NCBI GenBank assembly: GCA_964013405.1
Contig: CAXGWI010000029.1
Span: 1-29,003 of the forward strand
Direction: 5' to 3'
DNA length: 29,003 bases
Source of the DNA: an uncultured Myxococcales bacterium
Lineage (GTDB): Bacteria; Myxococcota; UBA4151
Part shown: piece by piece, positions 17,129-25,496 of the stretch
Layout: the number at the start of each line of letters is the position of its first letter
How positions within the stretch are numbered: position 1 is the stretch's first letter
Notes under the pieces: model-generated
Seen by the model: only the letters and a program-made list of their open reading frames with translations
Told to the model about the DNA's origin: nothing
Database searches by the model: none
Translations under genes and position numbers: made by a program

Positions 17129-19500
17129 GCGACAAGAAGAAGCGCGACCAAGGCGGTGCAGACATCGTCAAAGGTAAAGCCAGTCCGATCCACGGGGTCG
17201 ATCTGCCCGGCGGTGACGTCATCGGACGCCCTTTGCGCAAAGCGGACGGGCTCGACAAGGCGACGGGGCTTGCCCTCTACACCGACGACATCCAGTTCCC
17301 CGATATGCTCCATGCGAAGATCCTTCGCTCACCCCTGCCTCACGCCCGCATCAAGTCCATCGATTACAGCGAAGCCCTCGCAATGGATGGCGTTGTCGAT
17401 GTGATGGTCGGCAGCGAGTTGCCGATTCCCTACTGCGTTATTCCCTGGACGCGAGATGAAACGGCCCTCTGTACGGACAAGGTTCGCTTCATCGGCGATG
17501 GTGTGGCGGCCGTGGCGGCGGTGGACGAAGCCACGGCCATCGAAGCCTGCAAGCGGATCAAGGTGGACTACGAAGCCCTCAAGCCCATCCTCACCATCGA
17601 AGCGGCCAAGCAGCCTCCCGAGGACGAAGCGATTCACGTGGGCAACAGGCGGGGTAATCAGCACAAATACGTCGATCTCAGCTTTGGCGACCTCGATGCC
17701 GGCTTTCGTCACTCCACCTCGATCGCCCACGACGACTACTACTTTCACGGGACGACCCACGCCCCGATCGAACCCCATTGCGCCATCGGCAAACCCGAAC
17801 CTGGCGGCCAACTCTGTATCATCAGCGCCACCCAAGTCCCCCATTACCTGCAGCGGGAGTTGGCCCGTGTGCTCGGTATGGCGCAGCAGAACATCCGGGT
17901 CATCCAGCCGGCTTTAGGCGGCGCCTTCGGTGGCAAATCCGAGCCCTTCGACTTGGAGTTTGTCGTCGCCCACCTGGCCCGTAAAACCGGCCGCCCAGTG
18001 AAGTGCCTCTACACCCGGGAAGAGGTCTTCTACTCCCACCGTGGACGGCATCCGATGGCGATGAATTTCAAAGTCGGGCTCGACGATGAGGGCAAGATTC
18101 AAGCGGTGCGCTCAAAAATCGATCTGGATGGTGGCGCCTACTCGTCCTTCGGCCTCGTCACGACCTATTATGCCGGCCAGTTGCTCACCGGGCCCTACGA
18201 CTTCGCCAGCTATGGTTTCACCAGCACGCGCTACTACACGAATAAGCCTTGTTGCGGCCCCAAACGAGGGCATGGCTCGGTCCAACCCCGCTTTGCCTTT
18301 GAGTGCGCTCTCGATGAAGCCGCAGCGGGCTTGGGCTTGGACCCGATGACGGTTCGGGAGCGTAACACCATGCCTCGGGTCGCAACCACGGTGAATGGTA
18401 TGCGGGTCCAATCCAACGGCTTTCTCGCCTGCCTCCAAGCGGCCCGAAAGGCCAGTGGCTGGGATGAGAAGTGGGGCAAGTTGCCCCGGGGTCGCGGCAT
18501 CGGCGTGGCCGGGAGTATGTACATCTCCGGCACCAACTATCCGGTCTATCCCAATGAGATGCCCCAGAGCGGCGTGACCGTACAGCTGGATCGCTCGGGT
18601 CGAGCCCTGGTCCTTTGCGGTGCCAGCGATATCGGCCAGGGCTCCGATTCCATGTTCACCTACATCGTTGCGGAAGAACTGGGCATCGAGCCCGGCCATG
18701 TACGCATCGTCTCCTCGGACACGGACCTGACCCCGGTGGATCTGGGTGCCTACTCGTCGCGCATCACCTTTATGGCGGGCAACGCCTGCATCGACGCCTG
18801 CCGCCGCCTGCGCAAGTTGCTGCTCGAAGCGGCAGCAACAGCGCTTGGCCAATCGGCTAAAAGGCTGCGACTTGCCGGCGGGTATGCGGTGGCTGTAGAC
18901 GACACCGCTGTGTCGCTCCCCATGCAAGAAGTCTTTCGCCTTGCGGAGGCCGAGAACGGCACGCTCAGTGCCAGCGGTTGGTACAATACCCCGCTGCTGG
19001 GAGGCGAGTATCGGGGCGGGACCATCGGCTCCTCGCCGGCTTACAGCTTCACCTGTCACGTGGCTGAGGTGGACATCGATCTAGAGACCGGTGAGTTACG
19101 GGTGCCCAAGGTCTGGGTCGCCCACGACTGCGGCCGAGCCCTCAACCCCGTCATCGTCGAGGGCCAAATGGAAGGCTCCACCTACATGGGTGCAGCCGAG
19201 TTGATGATGGAAGACCAAGACTTCTATCCGGCCGACCACGCCGCACCGGGCCTTCACTTAGGGCCGAGTCTCCTCGACTATCCCATCCCTACCTCCAGCG
19301 AGGTGCCCGAGTTCGAAGCCCTCATCATCGAGAGCTTAGACCCGGAGGGCCCTTACGGTGCGAAAGAGGCTGGAGAAGGCCCTTTGCACTCCACCATTCC
19401 GGCCATCGCCAATGCCATCCATGACGCCGTCGGTATTCGTCTAAAAACCCTACCGATCACCGCCGCGAAGATCTGGCGGGCCCTGCAGGAGACTCACTGA
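17125..19500 (+). CDS. Xanthine-oxidase-family molybdopterin-binding subunit (HcrA-like, 4-hydroxybenzoyl-CoA reductase alpha-like)
   Basis: ATGA overlap start. Motifs KILRSPLPHARI, ATQVPHY, LGGAFGGK, GPKRGHG, DIGQGS, GAYSSRITFMAGNA, ALNPVIVEGQ and GAKEAGEG. RGHG and YSSRxTFMxGNA resemble HcrA/HbaC more than XdhB or CoxL. Confidence 0.88.
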   Translation: MSDKKKRDQGGADIVKGKASPIHGVDLPGGDVIGRPLRKADGLDKATGLALYTDDIQFPDMLHAKILRSPLPHARIKSIDYSEALAMDGVVDVMVGSELPIPYCVIPWTRDETALCTDKVRFIGDGVAAVAAVDEATAIEACKRIKVDYEALKPILTIEAAKQPPEDEAIHVGNRRGNQHKYVDLSFGDLDAGFRHSTSIAHDDYYFHGTTHAPIEPHCAIGKPEPGGQLCIISATQVPHYLQRELARVLGMAQQNIRVIQPALGGAFGGKSEPFDLEFVVAHLARKTGRPVKCLYTREEVFYSHRGRHPMAMNFKVGLDDEGKIQAVRSKIDLDGGAYSSFGLVTTYYAGQLLTGPYDFASYGFTSTRYYTNKPCCGPKRGHGSVQPRFAFECALDEAAAGLGLDPMTVRERNTMPRVATTVNGMRVQSNGFLACLQAARKASGWDEKWGKLPRGRGIGVAGSMYISGTNYPVYPNEMPQSGVTVQLDRSGRALVLCGASDIGQGSDSMFTYIVAEELGIEPGHVRIVSSDTDLTPVDLGAYSSRITFMAGNACIDACRRLRKLLLEAAATALGQSAKRLRLAGGYAVAVDDTAVSLPMQEVFRLAEAENGTLSASGWYNTPLLGGEYRGGTIGSSPAYSFTCHVAEVDIDLETGELRVPKVWVAHDCGRALNPVIVEGQMEGSTYMGAAELMMEDQDFYPADHAAPGLHLGPSLLDYPIPTSSEVPEFEALIIESLDPEGPYGAKEAGEGPLHSTIPAIANAIHDAVGIRLKTLPITAAKIWRALQETH

Positions 19501-20480
19501 TGCTTCGCCTGCCTGCCTTTGATCTGCTTGAGCCCACGAGCCTCGAAGAAGCCCTGCACTTGCTCGCCGAGCATGGGGGTGATGCCATGCCCATCGCCGG
19601 CGGCACCGACCTGTTGCCCAACATGAAGCACGAACTCTTCACGCCCAAGGTGCTGGTCAGCCTCACTTCGATCCCTGCTCTACGGGCCATCGAAGACCTG
19701 GGGGATGCATGGCGACTCGGCGCAGGCTGTCCCTTAGGCGAACTGGCCAATCATCCGGGCTTACAACAGAGCCTCCCGGCCCTTGCCGAAGCCCTCGGTG
19801 CTGTCGGTGGCCCCCACCACCGACGCATGGGGACGCTGGGCGGCAATCTCTGTTTGGATACCCGCTGTCTCTATTACAATCAGACCTTCCAATGGCGAGA
19901 AGCGCTGGGCTTCTGCCTCAAGAAGGATGGTGACGTCTGTCATGTCGCCGGTGGGCGCAAGTGCGTAGCCGCCGCGTCTAATGACAGCGCCCCCCCACTC
20001 TTGGTCTACGATGCCACCGTCGAAATCGTCGGCCCCGGCGGTGCCCGGACCTTGCCGGTCCGGGAGTTCTACCATCCGGATGGCATCTCCAATACCCGCC
20101 TCGAGGATGGCGAACTGGTGGTAGCCCTACGGGTCGCTAAGCCCAGCCAAGGAACCCGTGCAGCCTTTCACAAACTGCGCCGGCGCGGTGCGATCGACTT
20201 TCCCCTACTCAACATGGCGGTCTCGCTTCGCTTGGACGAACGCGGCACCTTGGTGGCCTTGAGCGCGGCGGTGAGCGCACTCGCTGCTCGCCCCAATCTG
20301 GTCAAAGGGCTGGACCGTTTCCTTGGGCAGGTGCCTGATGAGGCACTCGTCGAAGCCATCGCAAACCGCTGTCGACGCGGGTCGGTCCCCCTGACCAATC
20401 TGGCCACCGACCCGGAATGGCGTCGAGCCATGGTGCCTGTGTTTATCAAGCGCCTCCTCCAGCGCTGCTTGGATGCCTGA
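19500..20480 (+). CDS. Xanthine-oxidase-family FAD subunit with an extra [4Fe-4S] loop (HcrB-like)
   Basis: FAD motifs IAGGTDL and MGTLGGNLC. Four-Cys insert RCLYYNQTFQWREALGFCLKKDGDVCHVAGGRKC, followed by KLRRRGAIDFP. Confidence 0.88.
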   Translation: MLRLPAFDLLEPTSLEEALHLLAEHGGDAMPIAGGTDLLPNMKHELFTPKVLVSLTSIPALRAIEDLGDAWRLGAGCPLGELANHPGLQQSLPALAEALGAVGGPHHRRMGTLGGNLCLDTRCLYYNQTFQWREALGFCLKKDGDVCHVAGGRKCVAAASNDSAPPLLVYDATVEIVGPGGARTLPVREFYHPDGISNTRLEDGELVVALRVAKPSQGTRAAFHKLRRRGAIDFPLLNMAVSLRLDERGTLVALSAAVSALAARPNLVKGLDRFLGQVPDEALVEAIANRCRRGSVPLTNLATDPEWRRAMVPVFIKRLLQRCLDA

Positions 20481-22660
20481 TGAGCGAGGCTTTTTCCGCA
20501 CCGCGTATCACCGACATCACCGACCAGATGGGGGTTACAGCAGGCTCCGAAGCGGCGGACCTCGTCAATGTCGCCTTCATCTATTCGGCCCAATGCCACA
20601 GTGGGCAGAAACGGAAATCCGGGGAGCCCTATCTCAACCACCCCCTCGAAGTGGCCTATATCCTCGCTGAGTGGGGTCTGGACCCTGCGACCATCGCAAC
20701 GGGCCTCCTTCACGACACGGTCGAAGACACCCACGCCACCCTGGAAGAGATCGAAGAGCAGTTTGGCATTGAGATTCGTCATCTGGTAGACGGGGTGACA
20801 AAGATCTCCCAAATCGAGTTCAGTTCAGCGGAACAAAAAGCCGCCGATAACTTTCGCAAAATGGTCGTCGCGATGGCCCAGGACATCCGAGTGCTTGTGG
20901 TGAAACTGGCCGATCGCACCCATAATATGCGGACCCTCGATCACATGCCCTCGGCAAAACAGAAGCGCATCGCTCAAGAGACGATGGACATCTATGCGCC
21001 GCTCGCCGACCGACTGGGTATGAATGGGGTCAAAACCGAACTACAGGATCTGAGTTTCCGCTACCTGTTCGCAGAAGAATACGCTGAGTTGCTCGGCCAA
21101 ATGGAGGCCATCCATCCCGAGCGGCAACAGTATGTCGATGGCACCCTCGCCGCGATTCGCGCCCGTCTCGAAGAGGCAGGCCTCCCCTTCAGCAAGATTT
21201 ATGGCCGAGCCAAACACCTGTATTCCATTTGGATGAAGATGCAGAAGAAGGGTGTCACGCTCGAGCAAGTCTACGACGCCGTCGCCTTTCGCGTCATCGT
21301 CTCTGATATCGCTGCCTGCTACGGTGTATTGGGCCACATCCACGCGCTCTGGCGTCCCGTGCCCGGCCGGTTCAAAGACTTCATCGCCCTGCCCAAAAAG
21401 AACGGTTACCGGAGCCTTCACACAACGGTGGCCGGGCCTAGCGGCAGTCTCATCGAGATCCAGATCCGCACCCAGGAGATGGACGCGGTGGCGGAGAGCG
21501 GTTTGGCGGCCCACTGGCAATACAAAGAGGGAGGGCATCAACCCAGCAAGGACTTGGCCTATGAATGGCTCAACCGCTTGCGGGAATGGCAGCAAGAGGT
21601 CGACGATCCCTCTGAGTTTCTCGAGACCGTCCGCAGCGAGCTCTTTCACGAAGAGGTCTTCGTCTTCACACCGGCTGGGGATGTCATTCAACTTCCCCGC
21701 GGTGCCACGGCGGTGGATTTCGCCTTCGCCGTCCATACAGAGGTGGGGCTGCATTGTGTCGGCGCCAAAGTGAATGGACGAATGGTGCCGCTGAGAAAGC
21801 CGCTCGACTCCGGAGACCGGGTCGAGGTGATGACCGATCCTCGCCGGCTGCCCAATCGAGAGTGGCTCGATTTCGTGGTGACTTCTCGGGCTCGCACCCG
21901 CATCCGAACAGCGATCCGCAGGCGGGAGCAAGAGGAGGCCGCTGAAATCGGCAGGAACCTCCTAGAACGGGCCCTCAAAGCCAATGGAAGTTCGATCAGC
22001 GCCATGACCAGATCCGGTGACCTTGATCGCTACATTGAGCGTTGGCGTGGCGGTCACACCCTCAATGATCTCCTGGCCCAGGTTGGCTTCAACAAGATCT
22101 CCACCGAGGCGATCGTTGCAAAATTGCTCCCAGAACAACAAACGATCCCCCCCAGATCGGTGGCGGACCAAGGGGCTTCGAGCCTCGCTGCCCGGCTCTT
22201 TGGCCGGCGTAAATCTCGTCAGAACAAGAGCGGCGTTGAAGTCGGTGGACTCGATAATGTCCTCATCACCTTCGCCAACTGCTGCAGTCCGCTGCCCGGG
22301 GACCAGATCGTCGGCTATGTCACCCGGGGCCAAGGGGTCCGAGTCCATCGTCTCGCCTGTGAGACACTCACCGACTCCAGTCCCCAGCGCATGGTTGAAG
22401 TCCGCTGGTCCGCAGAGACCGACGTCACGCACCAGGTCTCGATCCGCCTGGTCTCCGACGACCGACCAGGTATCTTGGCGAACGTCTCGATCTGCTTCCA
22501 AGATCTCAGCATCAACATTTCCGAGGCGAACTGTCGCGTGCTCGGTGATGGCACAGCTATTCACACCTTCCGCTTCGGCATCGAGAGCCTTGAAAAGCTA
22601 GAGACCATTTTGCAACGACTGAAGTCTCTCAAGGGGATTTCCAGAGTGGAACGGGCCTGA
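20480..22660 (+). CDS. rel: Long bifunctional (p)ppGpp synthetase/hydrolase (Rel/SpoT homolog)
   Basis: HD domain (GQKRKSGEPYLNHP, LLHDTVED, VKLADRTHNMRT); synthetase (GRAKHLYSI, RFKD, KKNGYRSLHT, EIQIRT); TGS (VFTPAG, GAKVNG); ZFD/CC (NCCSPLPGD...VHRLAC); ACT (DRPGILANV). Starts at a TGATG overlap. Confidence 0.95.
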   Translation: MSEAFSAPRITDITDQMGVTAGSEAADLVNVAFIYSAQCHSGQKRKSGEPYLNHPLEVAYILAEWGLDPATIATGLLHDTVEDTHATLEEIEEQFGIEIRHLVDGVTKISQIEFSSAEQKAADNFRKMVVAMAQDIRVLVVKLADRTHNMRTLDHMPSAKQKRIAQETMDIYAPLADRLGMNGVKTELQDLSFRYLFAEEYAELLGQMEAIHPERQQYVDGTLAAIRARLEEAGLPFSKIYGRAKHLYSIWMKMQKKGVTLEQVYDAVAFRVIVSDIAACYGVLGHIHALWRPVPGRFKDFIALPKKNGYRSLHTTVAGPSGSLIEIQIRTQEMDAVAESGLAAHWQYKEGGHQPSKDLAYEWLNRLREWQQEVDDPSEFLETVRSELFHEEVFVFTPAGDVIQLPRGATAVDFAFAVHTEVGLHCVGAKVNGRMVPLRKPLDSGDRVEVMTDPRRLPNREWLDFVVTSRARTRIRTAIRRREQEEAAEIGRNLLERALKANGSSISAMTRSGDLDRYIERWRGGHTLNDLLAQVGFNKISTEAIVAKLLPEQQTIPPRSVADQGASSLAARLFGRRKSRQNKSGVEVGGLDNVLITFANCCSPLPGDQIVGYVTRGQGVRVHRLACETLTDSSPQRMVEVRWSAETDVTHQVSIRLVSDDRPGILANVSICFQDLSINISEANCRVLGDGTAIHTFRFGIESLEKLETILQRLKSLKGISRVERA

Positions 22661-23370
22661 TGCGCGCACAGTACCAACGGGGTCAGCCCTGGAAAGCCAC
22701 AGTGACCCGATTGACCTTCCTTGGTCTGCTGGGCGGGCTGGCCTGCTCGACGCAGAGTGAAGATCCGGTGGCCCCTGAAGCAGCGAAGCCAGCCGCGTCG
22801 AGCACGCCCTCAGCCGAGCATGCACCGCCAAGCCCACCGCTGGTCCGAGCAGACAGCAAACAACTGGTCTTTAGTTGGGCCCATCCCGAACGGGGCTATG
22901 CCACCGGGACCTCTGTCTCCGAAGTTCCAGAATGCTGCCGCAAAGACGTGGTGGTGGCTGATCTGAGCAGGAGTCCGGCGGAGCGCCAGGCCCACCGCTA
23001 CGTGATGGTGACCGATCTGAGCAGCCCGAAAGCCGATGGTAGTTATCCGGTCGTGGTCTTGTCTCGCTATCGCTTCAAAGACGCTGACCTGAGTGACACG
23101 GGCCCCAGCCAGAATGACGGGGTAATCGTCTACACCACCGCCTGGTGTGGATTTTGTACCAAGCTGAAGCGCTGGCTCGACCAGCGAGGCGTTCGCTACG
23201 AAGCCAAGGACATCGAGAAAAACCCGAAGGCTGGGGCTGAACTTCAGATGAAGTTGAAGAAAGCGGGGCTTCAGGCCGGCGGTGTGCCGGTGACCGACAT
23301 CAAGGGGACCCTCATCCAGGGCTTCGCCAAGGCTCGAATCCAAAAGGCGCTGGAGGATGCAGGGCTGTGA
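22660..23370 (+). CDS. Lipoprotein with a C-terminal glutaredoxin/NrdH-like domain
   Basis: Lipobox LGGLA-C; C-terminal VYTTAWCGFC (CxxC) and GGVPV...GTLIQGF (cis-Pro loop). The start could be the GTG at about 22702. Confidence 0.82.
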   Translation: MRAQYQRGQPWKATVTRLTFLGLLGGLACSTQSEDPVAPEAAKPAASSTPSAEHAPPSPPLVRADSKQLVFSWAHPERGYATGTSVSEVPECCRKDVVVADLSRSPAERQAHRYVMVTDLSSPKADGSYPVVVLSRYRFKDADLSDTGPSQNDGVIVYTTAWCGFCTKLKRWLDQRGVRYEAKDIEKNPKAGAELQMKLKKAGLQAGGVPVTDIKGTLIQGFAKARIQKALEDAGL

Positions 23371-23660
23371 AGCCCTTACCGACTTGGGCCTATTGGCTGC
23401 ACGGCCTCATCATCGCCAACCTGGCGATCCAGGGCCTTTACGGCGCCTACATGGTCTTTGTCGTCTTCTCGCCGGGAAGCCCAGGGCCCTTAGGGCTGGC
23501 TGCCCTCGAGATCGACCAGACCCTTATGGTCAACAGGCGACTCTACGCCCAGGAAACCTGGATCGCTCTGGGCTCCCTCTCCGTCTATCTCGGGCTGACA
23601 GAAATTCTACCTCGGCGCTTGGGATGGAGATCTGAGAGCGATCCCACCGAGCCCCCGTGA
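23367..23660 (+). CDS. Small membrane protein (about 2 TM), hypothetical
   Basis: GTGA overlaps at both ends, GGAGG upstream, two hydrophobic stretches. Confidence 0.7.
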   Translation: MKPLPTWAYWLHGLIIANLAIQGLYGAYMVFVVFSPGSPGPLGLAALEIDQTLMVNRRLYAQETWIALGSLSVYLGLTEILPRRLGWRSESDPTEPP

Positions 23661-24301
23661 GTGCCTGGACCCAATTCCGGTTCGACCTCACTACGGGCAT
23701 GCCCTCCGCATGGCGAGTGCTTCGAGCCCACTTGAGTTGGCGGGCGACCCTTGCGGTCTTTTGTCGCTTCCTTTGGCACAGCATCTGGTTCCGACGCCCA
23801 GAGGGGCTCGCTCTTGAGCAGCCCGGGGCCCAGTTCACCTGGCGCCAACTGCGTCCTGTGTTGATTCTCGAACGATCGCTCACGCTTCCTTCCGATGCTG
23901 ACAAAGCCCGGCGGCGAACCATACTCGCTGAGATCGTCGCCGAAACAGGTGCTGCATTTATCGCTTCGCAAGTGCCCATCGATCCGGCCCAGTGGAGCCA
24001 GTTAGACGACGGTCAGCGACGGCGGTTAGCCGAAGCCAGCTTGAAGCGCTTCGGAAATGCCGAAGCCCGGTTGCAGGCGGTGAGTCCCCAACGTTTGAGT
24101 TTCGACGTCCACCATTGCTACTTCGTCGAACTCTGCAGCGCGATGAACCGCCCGGAATTGGCCTCGCTTTTCTGCGCCGCCGACCGTCGCTTCTTTGGTG
24201 GACGAGACGATGTTGTCCTGAGTCGGGAATCCACCCTTGCGGAGGGCGCCGACCACTGCGCATTTCGCTTTCGCTTACCCCAGGGAGATGACCCGCCATA
24301 A
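23657..24301 (+). CDS. L-2-amino-thiazoline-4-carboxylic acid hydrolase-like family protein
   Basis: C-terminal pattern FDVHHCYFVELC...LFCAAD...LSRESTLAEGADHCAFRF matches the conserved Cys motifs of this family. The actual function is unknown. Confidence 0.7.
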   Translation: MSAWTQFRFDLTTGMPSAWRVLRAHLSWRATLAVFCRFLWHSIWFRRPEGLALEQPGAQFTWRQLRPVLILERSLTLPSDADKARRRTILAEIVAETGAAFIASQVPIDPAQWSQLDDGQRRRLAEASLKRFGNAEARLQAVSPQRLSFDVHHCYFVELCSAMNRPELASLFCAADRRFFGGRDDVVLSRESTLAEGADHCAFRFRLPQGDDPP

Positions 24302-24356
24302 ACGCTGGATGCAGGACTGATTTCCGGCTACACCTCCCTGGGAAAAGGAAATCGCT

Positions 24357-25496
24357 ATGCGCCAGTTACTGGTCATTCTTCTCAGTGTCCTCCTCAGCCT
24401 CTCCAGTCTGAGTTCGGTACCGGCTATGGCCGCAGCACCGGTCCTCGCCACAGATGGCAGCACACTTTTCGCCGCGAAACGCAGCAAAAAGAAAAAGCGA
24501 CGGCGGAAGAAGAAGCGCCGGCCAAAGCGAAAGAAGAAAAAGAAGCAGGCCAAACCGAAAGCCAAGCCCGAACCGGTGGCAGAGCCAGAGACCAAAGAAG
24601 AGCCTACAACTGCACCGGCAGCCGCTCCGGCACCGGCAGCCGCTCCGGCTGAAGCCGAAGACGAAGAAGAGCGACCGGGTTTGGCCGTGCTCGACATGGA
24701 GGTGAAGGCCGGCTTCGATGAGGGTGTCGCCTCGATGCTCAATGAGAACATGCTCGGCATCATCAATGATAGCGGCGTCTTCTCCACCGTGATCTCTGGC
24801 AGTGATATGCGCAGCATGTTGGATCTCGAGCAGCAGAAGGCCGCGCTGGGCTGTGCTGAGGATTCCTGCATCGCCCAGCTTGGTGGTGCCCTTGGCGTCC
24901 CCTACATGTTCAGTTCCAGCATCGGCAGCTTCGCCGGCAAGTTCCTCCTCAACGTGAAGATCGTCGCCGTGGACGAGGCCAAAGTCGTCGCCCGGGCCAA
25001 CGCAGTGATGGAGAATGAAAGTGCGCTCCTCGCCGGCCTTCCCGACCTGGTGAATGAAGCGCTGGAGAAAGGCTTCGGCGTCGTTGCGGAAGATGATGAC
25101 GATGAGGAAACGACCGATGCAACGGCAGAGAGCGAGGCCGGGGCGCCTACCGAGAATGAAACAGGCGAAGCCGCGCCAGCGGTCGGGAAGAAGGCCGGCG
25201 ACGGCAAATCCATGGGCCAGCGTCTCACGAGCCCGGGCTTTCTCATGGGGGCAGGCATCCTGCTGGCCGGCGGCGCCGTGATCACGCCCGGCGTCACGCT
25301 CAACCCAACGGACGATGCGATGCTTTCGAAGCTCGATGAGTACAAGGCTGCAAGCGATGCGGATGATGCGACCCGATTGGGCAACGAGGTATCCAGCATG
25401 ATTCAGATGCGCCAAATCGCTGGCCCCGTTGGACTGCTTCTCGTTGCGGGTGGTGGATGGATCGCCGGGTGGAATCTCTTCGTGGGTGAGCAATGA
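24357..25496 (+). CDS. Exported protein: signal peptide, polybasic tract, CsgG/TolB_N-like domain, acidic linker, two C-terminal hydrophobic segments
   Basis: AAGGA RBS; signal peptide ending in AMA. Domain LAVLDM...VISGSDMRSMLDLEQQKAALGCAEDSCIAQLGGALGV...SIGSFAGKFLLNVKIV, a pattern common in myxobacterial envelope proteins. Confidence 0.7.
   Translation: MRQLLVILLSVLLSLSSLSSVPAMAAAPVLATDGSTLFAAKRSKKKKRRRKKKRRPKRKKKKKQAKPKAKPEPVAEPETKEEPTTAPAAAPAPAAAPAEAEDEEERPGLAVLDMEVKAGFDEGVASMLNENMLGIINDSGVFSTVISGSDMRSMLDLEQQKAALGCAEDSCIAQLGGALGVPYMFSSSIGSFAGKFLLNVKIVAVDEAKVVARANAVMENESALLAGLPDLVNEALEKGFGVVAEDDDDEETTDATAESEAGAPTENETGEAAPAVGKKAGDGKSMGQRLTSPGFLMGAGILLAGGAVITPGVTLNPTDDAMLSKLDEYKAASDADDATRLGNEVSSMIQMRQIAGPVGLLLVAGGGWIAGWNLFVGEQ

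Noticed and set aside
16115..20479. Longest-ORF starts at 16115, 17002 and 20417
   Set aside because: Family N-termini, RBS positions and stop/start overlaps favour 16196, 17125 and 20480.
14144..20480. Aerobic CO dehydrogenase (cox) cluster suggested by MoxR/VWA next to S/L/M-type subunits
   Set aside because: The large subunit lacks both AYRCSFR (form I) and AYRGAGR (form II) and has PKRGHG instead. The FAD subunit has an HcrB-type Fe-S insert that CoxM lacks.
24366..25493. 375-aa minus-strand ORF (also 21041-21931, 18112-19059, 11449-12287 and others)
   Set aside because: Antisense shadows of well-supported GC-rich genes, with no recognisable motifs.
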